NCBI GenBank assembly: GCA_016198685.1
Contig: JACQID010000004.1
Location: 224,001-288,000 of the forward strand
Length of the DNA: 64,000 bases
Reading direction: 5' to 3'
Origin: Candidatus Aenigmatarchaeota archaeon
Lineage (GTDB): Archaea > Aenigmatarchaeota > Aenigmatarchaeia > GW2011-AR5
Positions 19,275 to 28,415 of the stretch are shown here, piece after piece (the first letter of the stretch is position 1; each line of letters starts with the position of its first letter). The notes under the pieces are model-generated. The model had not been told where the DNA came from, ran no database searches, and saw nothing but the letters and a program-made list of their open reading frames with translations. The translations under genes were made by a program, and so were the position numbers.

Positions 19275-21098
19275 TTGCAAGGTAATGTGATGGCTGACAA
19301 GACGCTTAACGATTTTTCATGGAAGGTGGCAGGCGAGGCTGGTCACGGTATACTCAACGCCGGTCTCTCGATGTTTGCGAAGACCTGCCTGCGTTCCGGC
19401 CTTTACGTTTATGCGACTGCCGAATATCCTTCTCTTATACGAGGAGGGCACAACAATCTTGATGTCCGTGTGTCGGACAAACCTATAGAATCACAGAACA
19501 AGCATATAGATATGCTGGTTGCCCTTGACAAGGCATCTGTAGAGAAGCACGCAGGCAAGCTTTCTCAGGGCGGTGCAGTCATCTATGATGGAGAGAAAAT
19601 AACCCTAGACAGGAGCGGGATACGGGACGACGTAAAGCTCTATTCTGTTCCTCTTTCCTTGATTGCAGAGTCTTCCGGCGGTCAGATCATGCGCAATACC
19701 GTTGCCATAGGAGCTGCGATGGCACTGCTCAATTTCGATCTTTCGGTTCTTGAAGGCGTCTTGACGGAGTCTTTCAGGAAAAAAGGTGACGACATCATAC
19801 AAGGCAACATAAAAGCTGCCCGTGACGGCCATGCTTATGTCAAAAAGAACTTTGCCGATGATTTTGGCCACATGCTCAAGGGCCATGGCAAGCACAACAA
19901 GATGTTCCTTTCCGGTCATGATGCTCTTGCAGCAGGGGCAATAAAGGCCGGATGCAAGTTCTATGCAGCTTACCCAATGACTCCGGCATCGTCGCTCCTT
20001 GGCAGCATGGCAGCAAGTGAAGGCAGGTATAACCTTGTAGTCAAGCAAACTGAAGATGAAATAGCCGCAATAAACATGGCCATAGGCGCAGGATATGCAG
20101 GCGTGCGCAGCATGGTAGGCACATCCGGAGGCGGTTTCTCATTGATGGTTGAAGGATTCGGTCTTGCTGCAATGACAGAAACGCCGCTTGTAATTGTGGA
20201 ATCCCAAAGACCCGGCCCTGCAACAGGCATGGCAACGCATACAGGTCAGGCAGACTTAAGATTCATGCTTCATGCATCTACCGACGAATTTGAAAGAGTG
20301 ATCATAGCTCCGGGAGATGTGCAACAATGTTTCTATGAGACGATAAAGGCTTTCAATCTTGCCGACAAATACCAGATGCCAATCGTGATAATGACTGACA
20401 AGTATCTTGGCGAGAGTTATTTCACTGCCGATGAATTTGAGACCAAAGACGTGAAGATAGATCGTGGTAAGATGCTTACTGATTCTGAACTTGCTGGCAT
20501 GACGGAATACAGAAGATACAAAGTCACTGAAGATGCCGTTGCGCCCCGTTCCATACCAGGACAGAAGAACGGCTGCTTTGTTGCGACGAGCTACGAGCAC
20601 GATGAAGCAGGGTTTGAACGCGAAGAAGAGGAAATCAGAGTTACCATGCATAACAAGCGCTTCAGAAAATTTGCCTTGGCATCCAAGGAACTTGTCAACC
20701 CTGGACATTTGGGAGATGCAAATGCTGATATCATGATAATCGGCTGGGGCTCGACAAAGGGTCCTATACTGGAGGCCATGAAACTGCTGAAGGCAAAAGG
20801 CATCAAAGTTGCCTATCAGCAGGTCCTTTATCTTAGCCCATTTCCTGCATCTCTTATAAAAGAAACCATAGCCAAAGCAAAGCGCGTAGTCATAATTGAA
20901 AACAACAAGATGTCCCAACTTAATAGTGTGATAAGAGAGCACTGCCTTGTGAGCGTTGATAACAAGATTTTGCGTTACGATGGCAGACCTTTCTCGCCGC
21001 AGGACATAGAGGATGGTGTGCTGAAGATAGTGAGGAGCACTGCGCCACGCGTGTTGGAATATGCAACTTTCGGCATTGTTAATGAGGTGAAAGCATGA
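19275..21098 (+). CDS. korA: 2-oxoacid:ferredoxin oxidoreductase alpha subunit
   Basis: GEAGHG, YPSLIRGGHN, YPMTPAS, EDEIAA, TSGGGFSL, QRPGPATG. Confidence 0.95.
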   Translation: MQGNVMADKTLNDFSWKVAGEAGHGILNAGLSMFAKTCLRSGLYVYATAEYPSLIRGGHNNLDVRVSDKPIESQNKHIDMLVALDKASVEKHAGKLSQGGAVIYDGEKITLDRSGIRDDVKLYSVPLSLIAESSGGQIMRNTVAIGAAMALLNFDLSVLEGVLTESFRKKGDDIIQGNIKAARDGHAYVKKNFADDFGHMLKGHGKHNKMFLSGHDALAAGAIKAGCKFYAAYPMTPASSLLGSMAASEGRYNLVVKQTEDEIAAINMAIGAGYAGVRSMVGTSGGGFSLMVEGFGLAAMTETPLVIVESQRPGPATGMATHTGQADLRFMLHASTDEFERVIIAPGDVQQCFYETIKAFNLADKYQMPIVIMTDKYLGESYFTADEFETKDVKIDRGKMLTDSELAGMTEYRRYKVTEDAVAPRSIPGQKNGCFVATSYEHDEAGFEREEEEIRVTMHNKRFRKFALASKELVNPGHLGDANADIMIIGWGSTKGPILEAMKLLKAKGIKVAYQQVLYLSPFPASLIKETIAKAKRVVIIENNKMSQLNSVIREHCLVSVDNKILRYDGRPFSPQDIEDGVLKIVRSTAPRVLEYATFGIVNEVKA

Positions 21099-23050
21099 AG
21101 ACTACATTGAAGGAACTAACAACAAAGGAAATGCCTTCATGGTGTCCGGCATGCGTGATGCCTGGAACGCTTATTCATACCAATCCTTCGGCAAAAAAGA
21201 TAGAAGAAATAAAGGAAGGGGACAGGGTGCTCGGCAAGGACGGAAAATACCACGATGTCACCGAAATAATGATTCACATGCACAAAGGCGATGTATTCAG
21301 GATAACCGCCAAGTGCTTCGGGGAGACAGTAATAACAGGGGAGCATCCGGTTCTCATTTCAAAAAGAAAAGCCAAGCCGTACAATAATTCCGTTTTTGAT
21401 CTTGAATGGGCGGAAGCAAAGAACGTACGGGAAGGAGACTATCTCCCGTATCCGATACTCAAAGAGGTCAAGGACACTGGGGAAATAGAGCTTCCGGCAA
21501 AAAGAAAAGAGATGGATAGGAAACATATTGAGATTCCAAAAACCGTAAATATAGGAGCGGACTTTCTGAGACTGGCGGGTTATTATATCGCCGAAGGTTA
21601 CTGCCATAGCAGAGAGGCGTGCCTCACTTTTGGCAGCGCCGAGATGAAATATGCAGAAGATGTAAAGGATATAGTTCAACGATTGTTCGCATTGAAGGCG
21701 GCGATAAAGGCAAAAGGAAGCAAAATAAACGTTGAAATACGTTCTTCGCTCTTGGCAGAGTCCTTCGCGGAATGGTTCGGTCGGGGTGCGCAGAACAAGA
21801 AGATACCGCATTTTATGATGCTTCTACCAGCAGAGAAACAAAAAGAACTCATCAAAGGTATGTGGAGGGGTGACGGGTGGCTGGACAGAAAAGTCAATCG
21901 GGCAAGCTACAAGACCATATCGCCGATTCTAAAGGAACAGATTAAGCAACTCTTGTTAAGGCAGGGAATAGTGCCTACAGTGAGCATAAACAAAGCATAT
22001 GATATTCACAAGGAGTCATATTCAATAGAGGTAGTAAGCTTTGATGACATGGCCAAGTTATGCAACGCATTGGAAATGGTCTTTGAAGCGCGCCGTTCCG
22101 AGTCTCACAAGCCTCCAATACAGAGGGATGAGAATTACGCTTATTTGCCTATAAGACGGATAACAAAGGAGTTTTACGATGGGCCTGTCCATAACATGGA
22201 AGTGGCTGAAGTAAATTCCTACGTAAGCGGCAGTGCAATACTTCACAACTGCGGAGATTTTAACATACTTTTTGCTATAAAGAACGCCCTAACAGAGCTT
22301 GATACCGAGCCTGAGAATATAGTAATTGTGTCAGGGATCGGGTGTGGTTCCAAAACCCCTCACTTCATCAAGACTTACGGATTTGAAGGTCTTCACGGCA
22401 GGGCCGCGCCCGTGGCCACGGGAATCAAATTAGCTAACAAAGGTTTGAAAGTCATAGTTGTCGGCGGAGACGGCGACGGTTATGGAATAGGTGCCGGCCA
22501 TTTACTCCATACGATGAGAAGGAATCTTGACATAACTTATCTTGTTCAGAATAATGCCGTTTACGGCCTTACGAAAGGCCAGTACTCGCCTACGAGCAAG
22601 AAGGGATTCAGGTCGCCTTCAACGCCATCGGGCAGCCTGGAAAATGAAGTTAATCCCATGTTATTTGGTCTTGCAATGGGCGCAACTTACGTTGCAAGAG
22701 GCTATGCTTATGAAGTCAAGCATTTGCAAAAACTGATAGTCGATGGCGTTCGTCATAAAGGTTTCTCCATCATAGACATATTCCAGCCCTGCTCAACATA
22801 TAACAAGATCCAGACTATAGCATGGTACAAGCAGAACCTTGTCAAGATGGAAGACATAGGCCATGATGCAAATGATTTCAATGAAGCCCTGAAAAAAGCG
22901 GCAATGACTGAAAAGCTGCCGATTGGATTGTTCTACAAGACCGAAAAACCCACGTATGAGGATGGCATACCGCAAGTAAGTTCACTGCCTTTAGTGAAGC
23001 ATGATATAAACAATATTGATATAAAACCTTTGCTGGGCAAATTCAAGTGA
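21095..23050 (+). CDS. korB: 2-oxoacid:ferredoxin oxidoreductase beta subunit precursor containing an intein
   Basis: Exteins rejoin as WCPA-CGDF; SGIGC, HGR and GGDGDG..IG..H TPP motifs, NN.VYGLTKGQ.SPT. Confidence 0.95.
   Translation: MKTTLKELTTKEMPSWCPACVMPGTLIHTNPSAKKIEEIKEGDRVLGKDGKYHDVTEIMIHMHKGDVFRITAKCFGETVITGEHPVLISKRKAKPYNNSVFDLEWAEAKNVREGDYLPYPILKEVKDTGEIELPAKRKEMDRKHIEIPKTVNIGADFLRLAGYYIAEGYCHSREACLTFGSAEMKYAEDVKDIVQRLFALKAAIKAKGSKINVEIRSSLLAESFAEWFGRGAQNKKIPHFMMLLPAEKQKELIKGMWRGDGWLDRKVNRASYKTISPILKEQIKQLLLRQGIVPTVSINKAYDIHKESYSIEVVSFDDMAKLCNALEMVFEARRSESHKPPIQRDENYAYLPIRRITKEFYDGPVHNMEVAEVNSYVSGSAILHNCGDFNILFAIKNALTELDTEPENIVIVSGIGCGSKTPHFIKTYGFEGLHGRAAPVATGIKLANKGLKVIVVGGDGDGYGIGAGHLLHTMRRNLDITYLVQNNAVYGLTKGQYSPTSKKGFRSPSTPSGSLENEVNPMLFGLAMGATYVARGYAYEVKHLQKLIVDGVRHKGFSIIDIFQPCSTYNKIQTIAWYKQNLVKMEDIGHDANDFNEALKKAAMTEKLPIGLFYKTEKPTYEDGIPQVSSLPLVKHDINNIDIKPLLGKFK
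21152..22249 (+). mobile_element. 366-aa intein with LAGLIDADG homing endonuclease
   Basis: Starts CVMPGT, block B ITGEHPV, ends SAILHN followed by Cys+1; LAGYYIAEG and IKGMWRGDG motifs. Confidence 0.95.
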
Positions 23051-23054
23051 GTCT

Positions 23055-24257
23055 ATGGCAAAAAATTATGATGTAGTTGTAGTCGGTGGCGGTCCGGGCG
23101 GAAGCACCTGCGCAGCTCTTTTAGGCAAGGCAGGCAAGGCAGTAGTTTTGCTTGAAAAAGCCCGCTTCCCAAGAGACAAGACCTGCGGAGACGCAATATC
23201 AGGTTCCTTGAGAGTGCAGAAAAGCCTCAACATCATAGAAAAGATGAAAGAACAGCCGCATGCTCAAATAACAGGAGTTGAATTTTCTTCTCCTGAAGGC
23301 GTCATACTTGATATACCTTTCGGAAGCCCTGGCTTCTGCTGCAAGAGGTTTGTTTATGACAATATTGTCTTTCAGGAAGCTCTGAACAATGCCGATGTGA
23401 TTCAGGAATTTGAAGTGAGCGATCTCATAAAACAAGACGGCAAGGTTGTAGGCGTTAAAGGCAAGCACAATGATGGCAGAGAAGAAGAAATATATGCCAA
23501 GCTCGTTATTGGCGCTGACGGCGCTTATTCTGTTGTTGCGCAGCAAACAGGATGCCTTGATCTCGATGAAAGGCATACGATAACTGCTGTGAGAGCCTAT
23601 TACAAGGGCATCAAGAATTTACGCAACATGATAGAATTGCATTTTGTCAATGAAATACTTCCAGGATACTTCTGGATATTCCCTGTCGGCGATGGCGTTG
23701 CCAATGTCGGCGTTGGAATGGTGGACAGCTTCATGAAAAAGAAGAAACAAAACATGCCTAATGCGATGATGAAAATAATAAAGGAGAATGCTATTTTCAA
23801 GCAGCGTTTTGAGGGCGCAGAGCTTCAGCCAGGTTCCTTGAAAGGATGGCGTTTGCCTGTGGGCTCAAAACGCAGAACCATACACGGCGATGGCTTCATT
23901 CTTGTCGGTGATGCTGCGGCCCTTATAGATCCGTTCACAGGCGAAGGCATAGCCAATTCCATGGTATCAGGCGAGATAGCTGCCGAGTGGGCGGTCAAGG
24001 CTTTGGAGGCAGCCAACTTCTCAGGTGAATTCCTGCGAGGATACGAGGATGCGGTGTGGCAGGAGCTTGGAGGCAAAATGAAAGCATCCTACAGGCTCCA
24101 GAAAATAGGCAACATCAAGTTCCTGACAAACATGATAATAAAGAAGGCTGCAAGAAACGAACAGATAAGGAACAGCCTCAAGAGCATGGTAGAAGATATA
24201 GAACACAGGAATAACATAATCAATCCTGCCTTTTATCTGAAGCTGCTGCTGGCTTAG
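23055..24257 (+). CDS. Geranylgeranyl reductase family FAD oxidoreductase
   Basis: DVVVVGGGPGGS, FPRDKTCGD, GYFWIFP, LVGDAA.LIDPFTGEGI. Confidence 0.92.
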   Translation: MAKNYDVVVVGGGPGGSTCAALLGKAGKAVVLLEKARFPRDKTCGDAISGSLRVQKSLNIIEKMKEQPHAQITGVEFSSPEGVILDIPFGSPGFCCKRFVYDNIVFQEALNNADVIQEFEVSDLIKQDGKVVGVKGKHNDGREEEIYAKLVIGADGAYSVVAQQTGCLDLDERHTITAVRAYYKGIKNLRNMIELHFVNEILPGYFWIFPVGDGVANVGVGMVDSFMKKKKQNMPNAMMKIIKENAIFKQRFEGAELQPGSLKGWRLPVGSKRRTIHGDGFILVGDAAALIDPFTGEGIANSMVSGEIAAEWAVKALEAANFSGEFLRGYEDAVWQELGGKMKASYRLQKIGNIKFLTNMIIKKAARNEQIRNSLKSMVEDIEHRNNIINPAFYLKLLLA

Positions 24258-24263
24258 AAACTC

Positions 24264-24626
24264 CTAAACCCGCGTTTTATGCCCTATTTCCCTGACTAGA
24301 AGCATTTTCTCATCCATCCATTCGCTTATGCCAACAGCTTCACCCATGCTTAGGATGCGTTTTTGGCCGGTAGGAAGAAGATCCCAACAGTGTTTGGCTT
24401 CTATATTTACTGAAAACGGAGAGTCTATGGCTTCAACTTCCAGGACATCGGGCATTCCGGCATATCCTCTTATTGCCCTCATATTTGCTATCGGTTTTCT
24501 GCCTTCAGGAGAATTGTAGAATATTGTATAGCTGTTATTTCCAGGATAGCCGCGGACTGGCGAATGCCCTATAGCGAACTTGTGAGGGCCTTCGGGCGCC
24601 CTATATTGTAAACAAGGAATATACAT
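24264..24626 (-). CDS. Hypothetical protein
   Basis: 120-aa ORF filling the gap; no motif. Confidence 0.5.
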   Translation of the reverse strand: MYIPCLQYRAPEGPHKFAIGHSPVRGYPGNNSYTIFYNSPEGRKPIANMRAIRGYAGMPDVLEVEAIDSPFSVNIEAKHCWDLLPTGQKRILSMGEAVGISEWMDEKMLLVREIGHKTRV

Positions 24627-24691
24627 TTCAGCCTCTTCTACTAAGTGAATAAAACATAAAAATATCTTTTCTGAAAAAAATCAGAACAAAA

Positions 24692-24973
24692 TTATTGTGC
24701 ATCATGCCAGAATCGTTTGTGTATAGAAGGAAATTCCGATTTTATTTCAAGACTTAATCCGCACGATAAATCCACAGGCGCATAAATTATCCTTTTGCCT
24801 ATATCAAACGCAAATTGATTTCCGGCATAACTTAAGACTCCTGTTTGTATGCATATGTTGTGTTCTTTCTCGTTGAGTCTGCCATTATTATACAATGCTT
24901 TAGCCACTATTTCCTTTACTTGACGTAGATCATCAATTTCCGAAGTTCCATTGGATTGGTAATCGGCCGTCAT
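24692..24973 (-). CDS. Hypothetical protein
   Basis: 93-aa ORF; no motif. Confidence 0.5.
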   Translation of the reverse strand: MTADYQSNGTSEIDDLRQVKEIVAKALYNNGRLNEKEHNICIQTGVLSYAGNQFAFDIGKRIIYAPVDLSCGLSLEIKSEFPSIHKRFWHDAQ

Positions 24974-25022
24974 TTTATGCTTATACTTAAGGGGGAAAAA
25001 ATAAATATGGCTGGCTACCGGG

Positions 25023-25646
25023 TCACTTTTTCCTGTTGCGTAGCAATCCTATCACTGCCGGCAGCACGGAAAGCGCAACTATAGCAAGAACCATGACTTC
25101 AAGATTCTCGCGGACAAATGCGATGTTCCCAAGGAAATATCCAAGGGTTAGGAAAGACCCTACCCAGAGTATCGCGCCAATGACGTTATACGCAACGAAA
25201 GTTCTGTATTTCATTCCGGCGACGCCTGCAACGAACGGGGCGAAGGTGCGAATGACAGGTAGGAATCTTGCTATTACTATAGTCTTGCCGCCGTGTTTTT
25301 CGTAGAACTCGCGGGTCTTCTGCATGTGTTCTTCTCTGACGAAGGGTATTTTGCCGTGTAATGCCTTGCCTCCAATGCGGCTTCCTATATAATAATTAAC
25401 AGAATCACCAATGATCGCGGCGGAAGCCATTATTCCGAATAGAGTTACCATGTCCAATGAACCCATCGCGGCAAATGTTCCCGCCAGAAATATAAGGCTA
25501 TCGCCAGGGAGGAAAGGAGTTACAATGAGACCGGTTTCAAGAAATATTATGAGGAATAAGATGAGATATACCCATATTCCATATTCGCTTATGATTGATG
25601 CAAGAAATTCATCAAGATGAAAAAACAAGCTTACTAAATCCATCAT
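25023..25646 (-). CDS. dedA: DedA/VTT family membrane protein
   Basis: FLETGL..TPFLPGDSL, GDSVNY, ARFLPVIRTFAPFVAG. Confidence 0.93.
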   Translation of the reverse strand: MMDLVSLFFHLDEFLASIISEYGIWVYLILFLIIFLETGLIVTPFLPGDSLIFLAGTFAAMGSLDMVTLFGIMASAAIIGDSVNYYIGSRIGGKALHGKIPFVREEHMQKTREFYEKHGGKTIVIARFLPVIRTFAPFVAGVAGMKYRTFVAYNVIGAILWVGSFLTLGYFLGNIAFVRENLEVMVLAIVALSVLPAVIGLLRNRKK

Positions 25647-25687
25647 ACAATATCGATGGGTTTAGTATTTATTTCTATCCAAAGAGC

Positions 25688-26059
25688 TTATCGCCTGTAT
25701 CGGTCTTCCATAGCGCTCAGCCTTCTTTCAATTCTCTGAAGCGTTCTTTGTATGTCTTCTGTAGTATCTTTTGAGTTGGCGCTCCCTCTATGTATCAGAA
25801 CCGCGCTCAGCACAACAAATGTGAATAACTGGAGGAATTCTGACTGCCAATTCTCAAATGTTGCCGCCCAGAAGGCGGGAATAAACTTGTCCGTATTGGG
25901 AATCTCGCCATGGTCAATGGAGTCATTGATGAATTCGTGCCACTGAAAAAACATCTGCCCTCCCCAGCTAATAATGAATAATATCGCAAGGGCAATGCTA
26001 AGGCCGTGATTATCCCATATGTTCCGTAGATCGTTTTCAGCGGTTCCTGCATACGTCAT
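25688..26059 (-). CDS. DUF6766-like membrane protein
   Basis: HGLSIAL, FWAATFENWQSEFLQL, RGSANSK pattern. Confidence 0.7.
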   Translation of the reverse strand: MTYAGTAENDLRNIWDNHGLSIALAILFIISWGGQMFFQWHEFINDSIDHGEIPNTDKFIPAFWAATFENWQSEFLQLFTFVVLSAVLIHRGSANSKDTTEDIQRTLQRIERRLSAMEDRYRR

Positions 26060-26063
26060 ATCA

Positions 26064-26144
26064 TCACTTCCGCCTGGTATTATAGCGTCTTTCCATGGGT
26101 TTGAACCTTTCCCGTTCTTCCATTTGGTTCGTGTTTGTTATCAT
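26064..26144 (-). CDS. Possible 26-aa peptide [26 protein letters not shown]
   Basis: ATG overlaps the upstream TGA (ATGA at 26141-26144); its stop lies 4 nt before the next ATG. Confidence 0.4.
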   Translation of the reverse strand: MITNTNQMEERERFKPMERRYNTRRK

Positions 26145-26302
26145 AGGGATCTTCTAAGTATGCTTATTGCAAATAGTATCAGGAATATGACAAACATGAC
26201 CCTGGCAATCCATTCAGCAGTTCCTGCTATGCCGCTAAAGCCGAATATCCCTGCGATAATCGCTATTATGAGGAATAATACCGACCAGCTCAAAAATCCC
26301 AT
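26141..26302 (-). CDS. DUF1328/UPF0391 small membrane protein, 53 aa (not in ORF track)
   Basis: [41 protein letters not shown]..; GAGGTGA SD. Confidence 0.85.
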   Translation of the reverse strand: MGFLSWSVLFLIIAIIAGIFGFSGIAGTAEWIARVMFVIFLILFAISILRRSL

Positions 26303-26316
26303 GCGATCACCTCATC

Positions 26317-26490
26317 TTATAGTAGCGATATTCCGAACAATATCAGCAATATGCTGAAGATGAATAGCAAAAGGAATGCCACGAATAATATTTTTGCTAT
26401 TGTCGCTGCTGTGCCGGCAAGACCCCTAAATCCCAAGGCGCCGGCTATCAATGCGATTATGAAGAAGGCGACTGCCCATTCCAAAACCAT
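26317..26490 (-). CDS. DUF1328/UPF0391 small membrane protein, 57 aa (not in ORF track)
   Basis: [36 protein letters not shown]..; GGTGA SD. Confidence 0.85.
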   Translation of the reverse strand: MVLEWAVAFFIIALIAGALGFRGLAGTAATIAKILFVAFLLLFIFSILLILFGISLL

Positions 26491-26727
26491 TTGATCACCA
26501 TGAAACTAATGCATAAAATCGAAAATAAATGGTAAGGAACAAAAATTGTATTAATTACATATAATGCGTCCAAATTATAAATAACTATCAGCCTTTCTGC
26601 ATAAAAAAATATTTTTACGACGAATGGATAAATCCAAGCTTTATATTTTACAAAGGACTATAAGTATTATACTTCTGCAACTTTGTCGTTCATAATATTG
26701 AAAGATGCAAGCTAAAGGGGGGATTCA

Positions 26728-26886
26728 ATGGCTAAGATGAAAACTACGCGAGGAAGAAAAGCCGATCCTATAAAAAAATCAATGAATAGGATTGGGGCAA
26801 AAATTGCAGCTGCAAAGAGAACTGCAACTTCAATCGTGAAGCGAAGAAAAAACGGAAAGAAAAAAAGCAAAGGTAAGCGCAAGTAA
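26728..26886 (+). CDS. 52-aa highly basic protein (not in ORF track)
   Basis: MAKMKTTRGRKADPIKKSMNRIGAKIAAAKRTATSIVKRRKNGKKKSKGKRK; GGGGGA upstream. Confidence 0.7.
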   Translation: MAKMKTTRGRKADPIKKSMNRIGAKIAAAKRTATSIVKRRKNGKKKSKGKRK

Positions 26887-26929
26887 ATTGCTGCTTATCT
26901 TTAGTGCTGGTGCAAGGAGGTGATGCTCT

Positions 26930-27100
26930 ACGGTAAAGTGCGTTTTTTGCGACGAAGAAACTATCATAGGCAATGACGATGGCCTCTTTGCAACGCCTAT
27001 AGGCAAAAAAGCTATATGTGACGGCTGCCTAGCCGAGCTGAAAGAAATTCTAGAACGTGAACTTGCAACTTCCTTCGAGCCTTCAACTGAAGAATTATGA
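26930..27100 (+). CDS. 56-aa CxxC...CxxC zinc-binding protein with an ACG at the start position
   Basis: GGAGGTGA + 6 nt + ACG GTA AAG TGC; reads (M)VKCVFCDEE..AICDGCLAELKEIL; an in-frame TGA lies just upstream, so there is no ATG. Confidence 0.6.
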   Translation, partial: TVKCVFCDEETIIGNDDGLFATPIGKKAICDGCLAELKEILERELATSFEPSTEEL

Positions 27101-27232
27101 TATTGCCAAAGCTCTTGCTTTATCCTAAACAGGTAAAGCTGATATAACTGACTATAAAGCTATGAGATAGTTCTTTTTCTACGCGTAAGCTTGCAACATT
27201 AAAATAAATGCGACAATCGCCAGAAGATTAAT

Positions 27233-27281
27233 TTTAAATATGTTGGTTAATAGACATAGTAACATGTCAGTTGACCGACAT
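27233..27281 (+). promoter_or_regulatory. Candidate suf promoter (TATA) and PadR-type operator
   Basis: TTTAAATA at 27233-27240, 24 nt before ATG 27264; ATGT-N10-ACAT at 27264-27281; extra GACAT half-site at 27253-27257. Confidence 0.5.
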
Positions 27282-27680
27282 ATTGAGGATATTACATTCA
27301 CGGCGCCCACGGCAGAAGAGATATTTGGACGAAGCAAGATAAGCGAAATCGAGCTTGGGCTTCTACAGATGCAGATACTCTGGATACTTAATAGGCAAAG
27401 TACCCATGGATATGAGATAATGAAGATGCTTTCGGAGCTCAAGAACACGAAAATAACGCAAGGGACGCTGTATCCTACCATGCAGAGGCTTGAAAGCCTT
27501 GGATATGTCAAGAGACGCGAAGAGGAGAGGAAAATAATGTATGATATCACCGCTGAGGGCAAGACTACACTGGACAACGCCTGCGCTTCCTTTACGCGGA
27601 CTTTCTTTGGGATATTCCACGATTACGTCTGCGGGAAATGTGTGACGCGCGATCTTGTAAATATAGGTGGTAAAAAATGA
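27264..27680 (+). CDS. PadR-family regulator with a C-terminal Cys cluster
   Basis: ILWIL...HGYEIMK, GTLYPTMQRLE..GYV, RKIMYDITAEG; C-terminal AC..YVCGKC; ATGA overlap with sufC. Confidence 0.9.
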   Translation: MSVDRHIEDITFTAPTAEEIFGRSKISEIELGLLQMQILWILNRQSTHGYEIMKMLSELKNTKITQGTLYPTMQRLESLGYVKRREEERKIMYDITAEGKTTLDNACASFTRTFFGIFHDYVCGKCVTRDLVNIGGKK

Positions 27681-28411
27681 GTGAATTGATGATAGACGAT
27701 CTTCATGCTGAAATTGACGGCAAACAGATACTCAAAGGCGTGTCGCTGTGTATAAAGAGCGGCGAGACACATGCGATCATGGGGCCAAACGGAGCCGGAA
27801 AAAGCACGCTATCGCATGTGATAATGGGCCATCCTCGTTACACTATCACGAAAGGCGACATTAAGCTCGATGGGGAAAGCATATTGGAGCTTTCCCCTGA
27901 CAAGAGGGCGAAAAAAGGCCTATTCATGTCTTTTCAGTATCCGGCAGAAGTGCCTGGCGTAAGCATAGGCAGCTTCCTAAGAAGCGCTTATAATGCGGTT
28001 TCGGGCAAGGAAATGCCTGTTCTTGAATTTCAGAGACTTGTGAAGGATAGAACTGAGATGCTGGGCATAAAGCAGGATTTCATAAAACGCGGCCTGAATG
28101 AAGGATTTTCGGGCGGAGAGAAGAAGAAGTGCGAGATACTGCAACTGGCCGTGCTGAATCCAAAGATGGCGATACTTGATGAGACGGATTCCGGATTGGA
28201 TGTTGATGCGCTTAGAATAGTTTCGGATGGCATCAACAAGATAAAATTGGCGACAGGAATGGGCATCATGCTGATAACTCATTACAGCAGAATACTAAAG
28301 CAGGTCAAGCCGGATTTCGTTCACATAATGTCTGACGGCAAAATAGTGCAGTCTGGAGAAGGGACACTCGCGGTCCAGATAGAGGAGAGCGGATATTCTT
28401 CTTTAAAGTGA
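27677..28411 (+). CDS. sufC: Fe-S assembly ATPase SufC
   Basis: [38 protein letters not shown]. Confidence 0.97.
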   Translation: MSELMIDDLHAEIDGKQILKGVSLCIKSGETHAIMGPNGAGKSTLSHVIMGHPRYTITKGDIKLDGESILELSPDKRAKKGLFMSFQYPAEVPGVSIGSFLRSAYNAVSGKEMPVLEFQRLVKDRTEMLGIKQDFIKRGLNEGFSGGEKKKCEILQLAVLNPKMAILDETDSGLDVDALRIVSDGINKIKLATGMGIMLITHYSRILKQVKPDFVHIMSDGKIVQSGEGTLAVQIEESGYSSLK

Positions 28412-28415
28412 AAAT

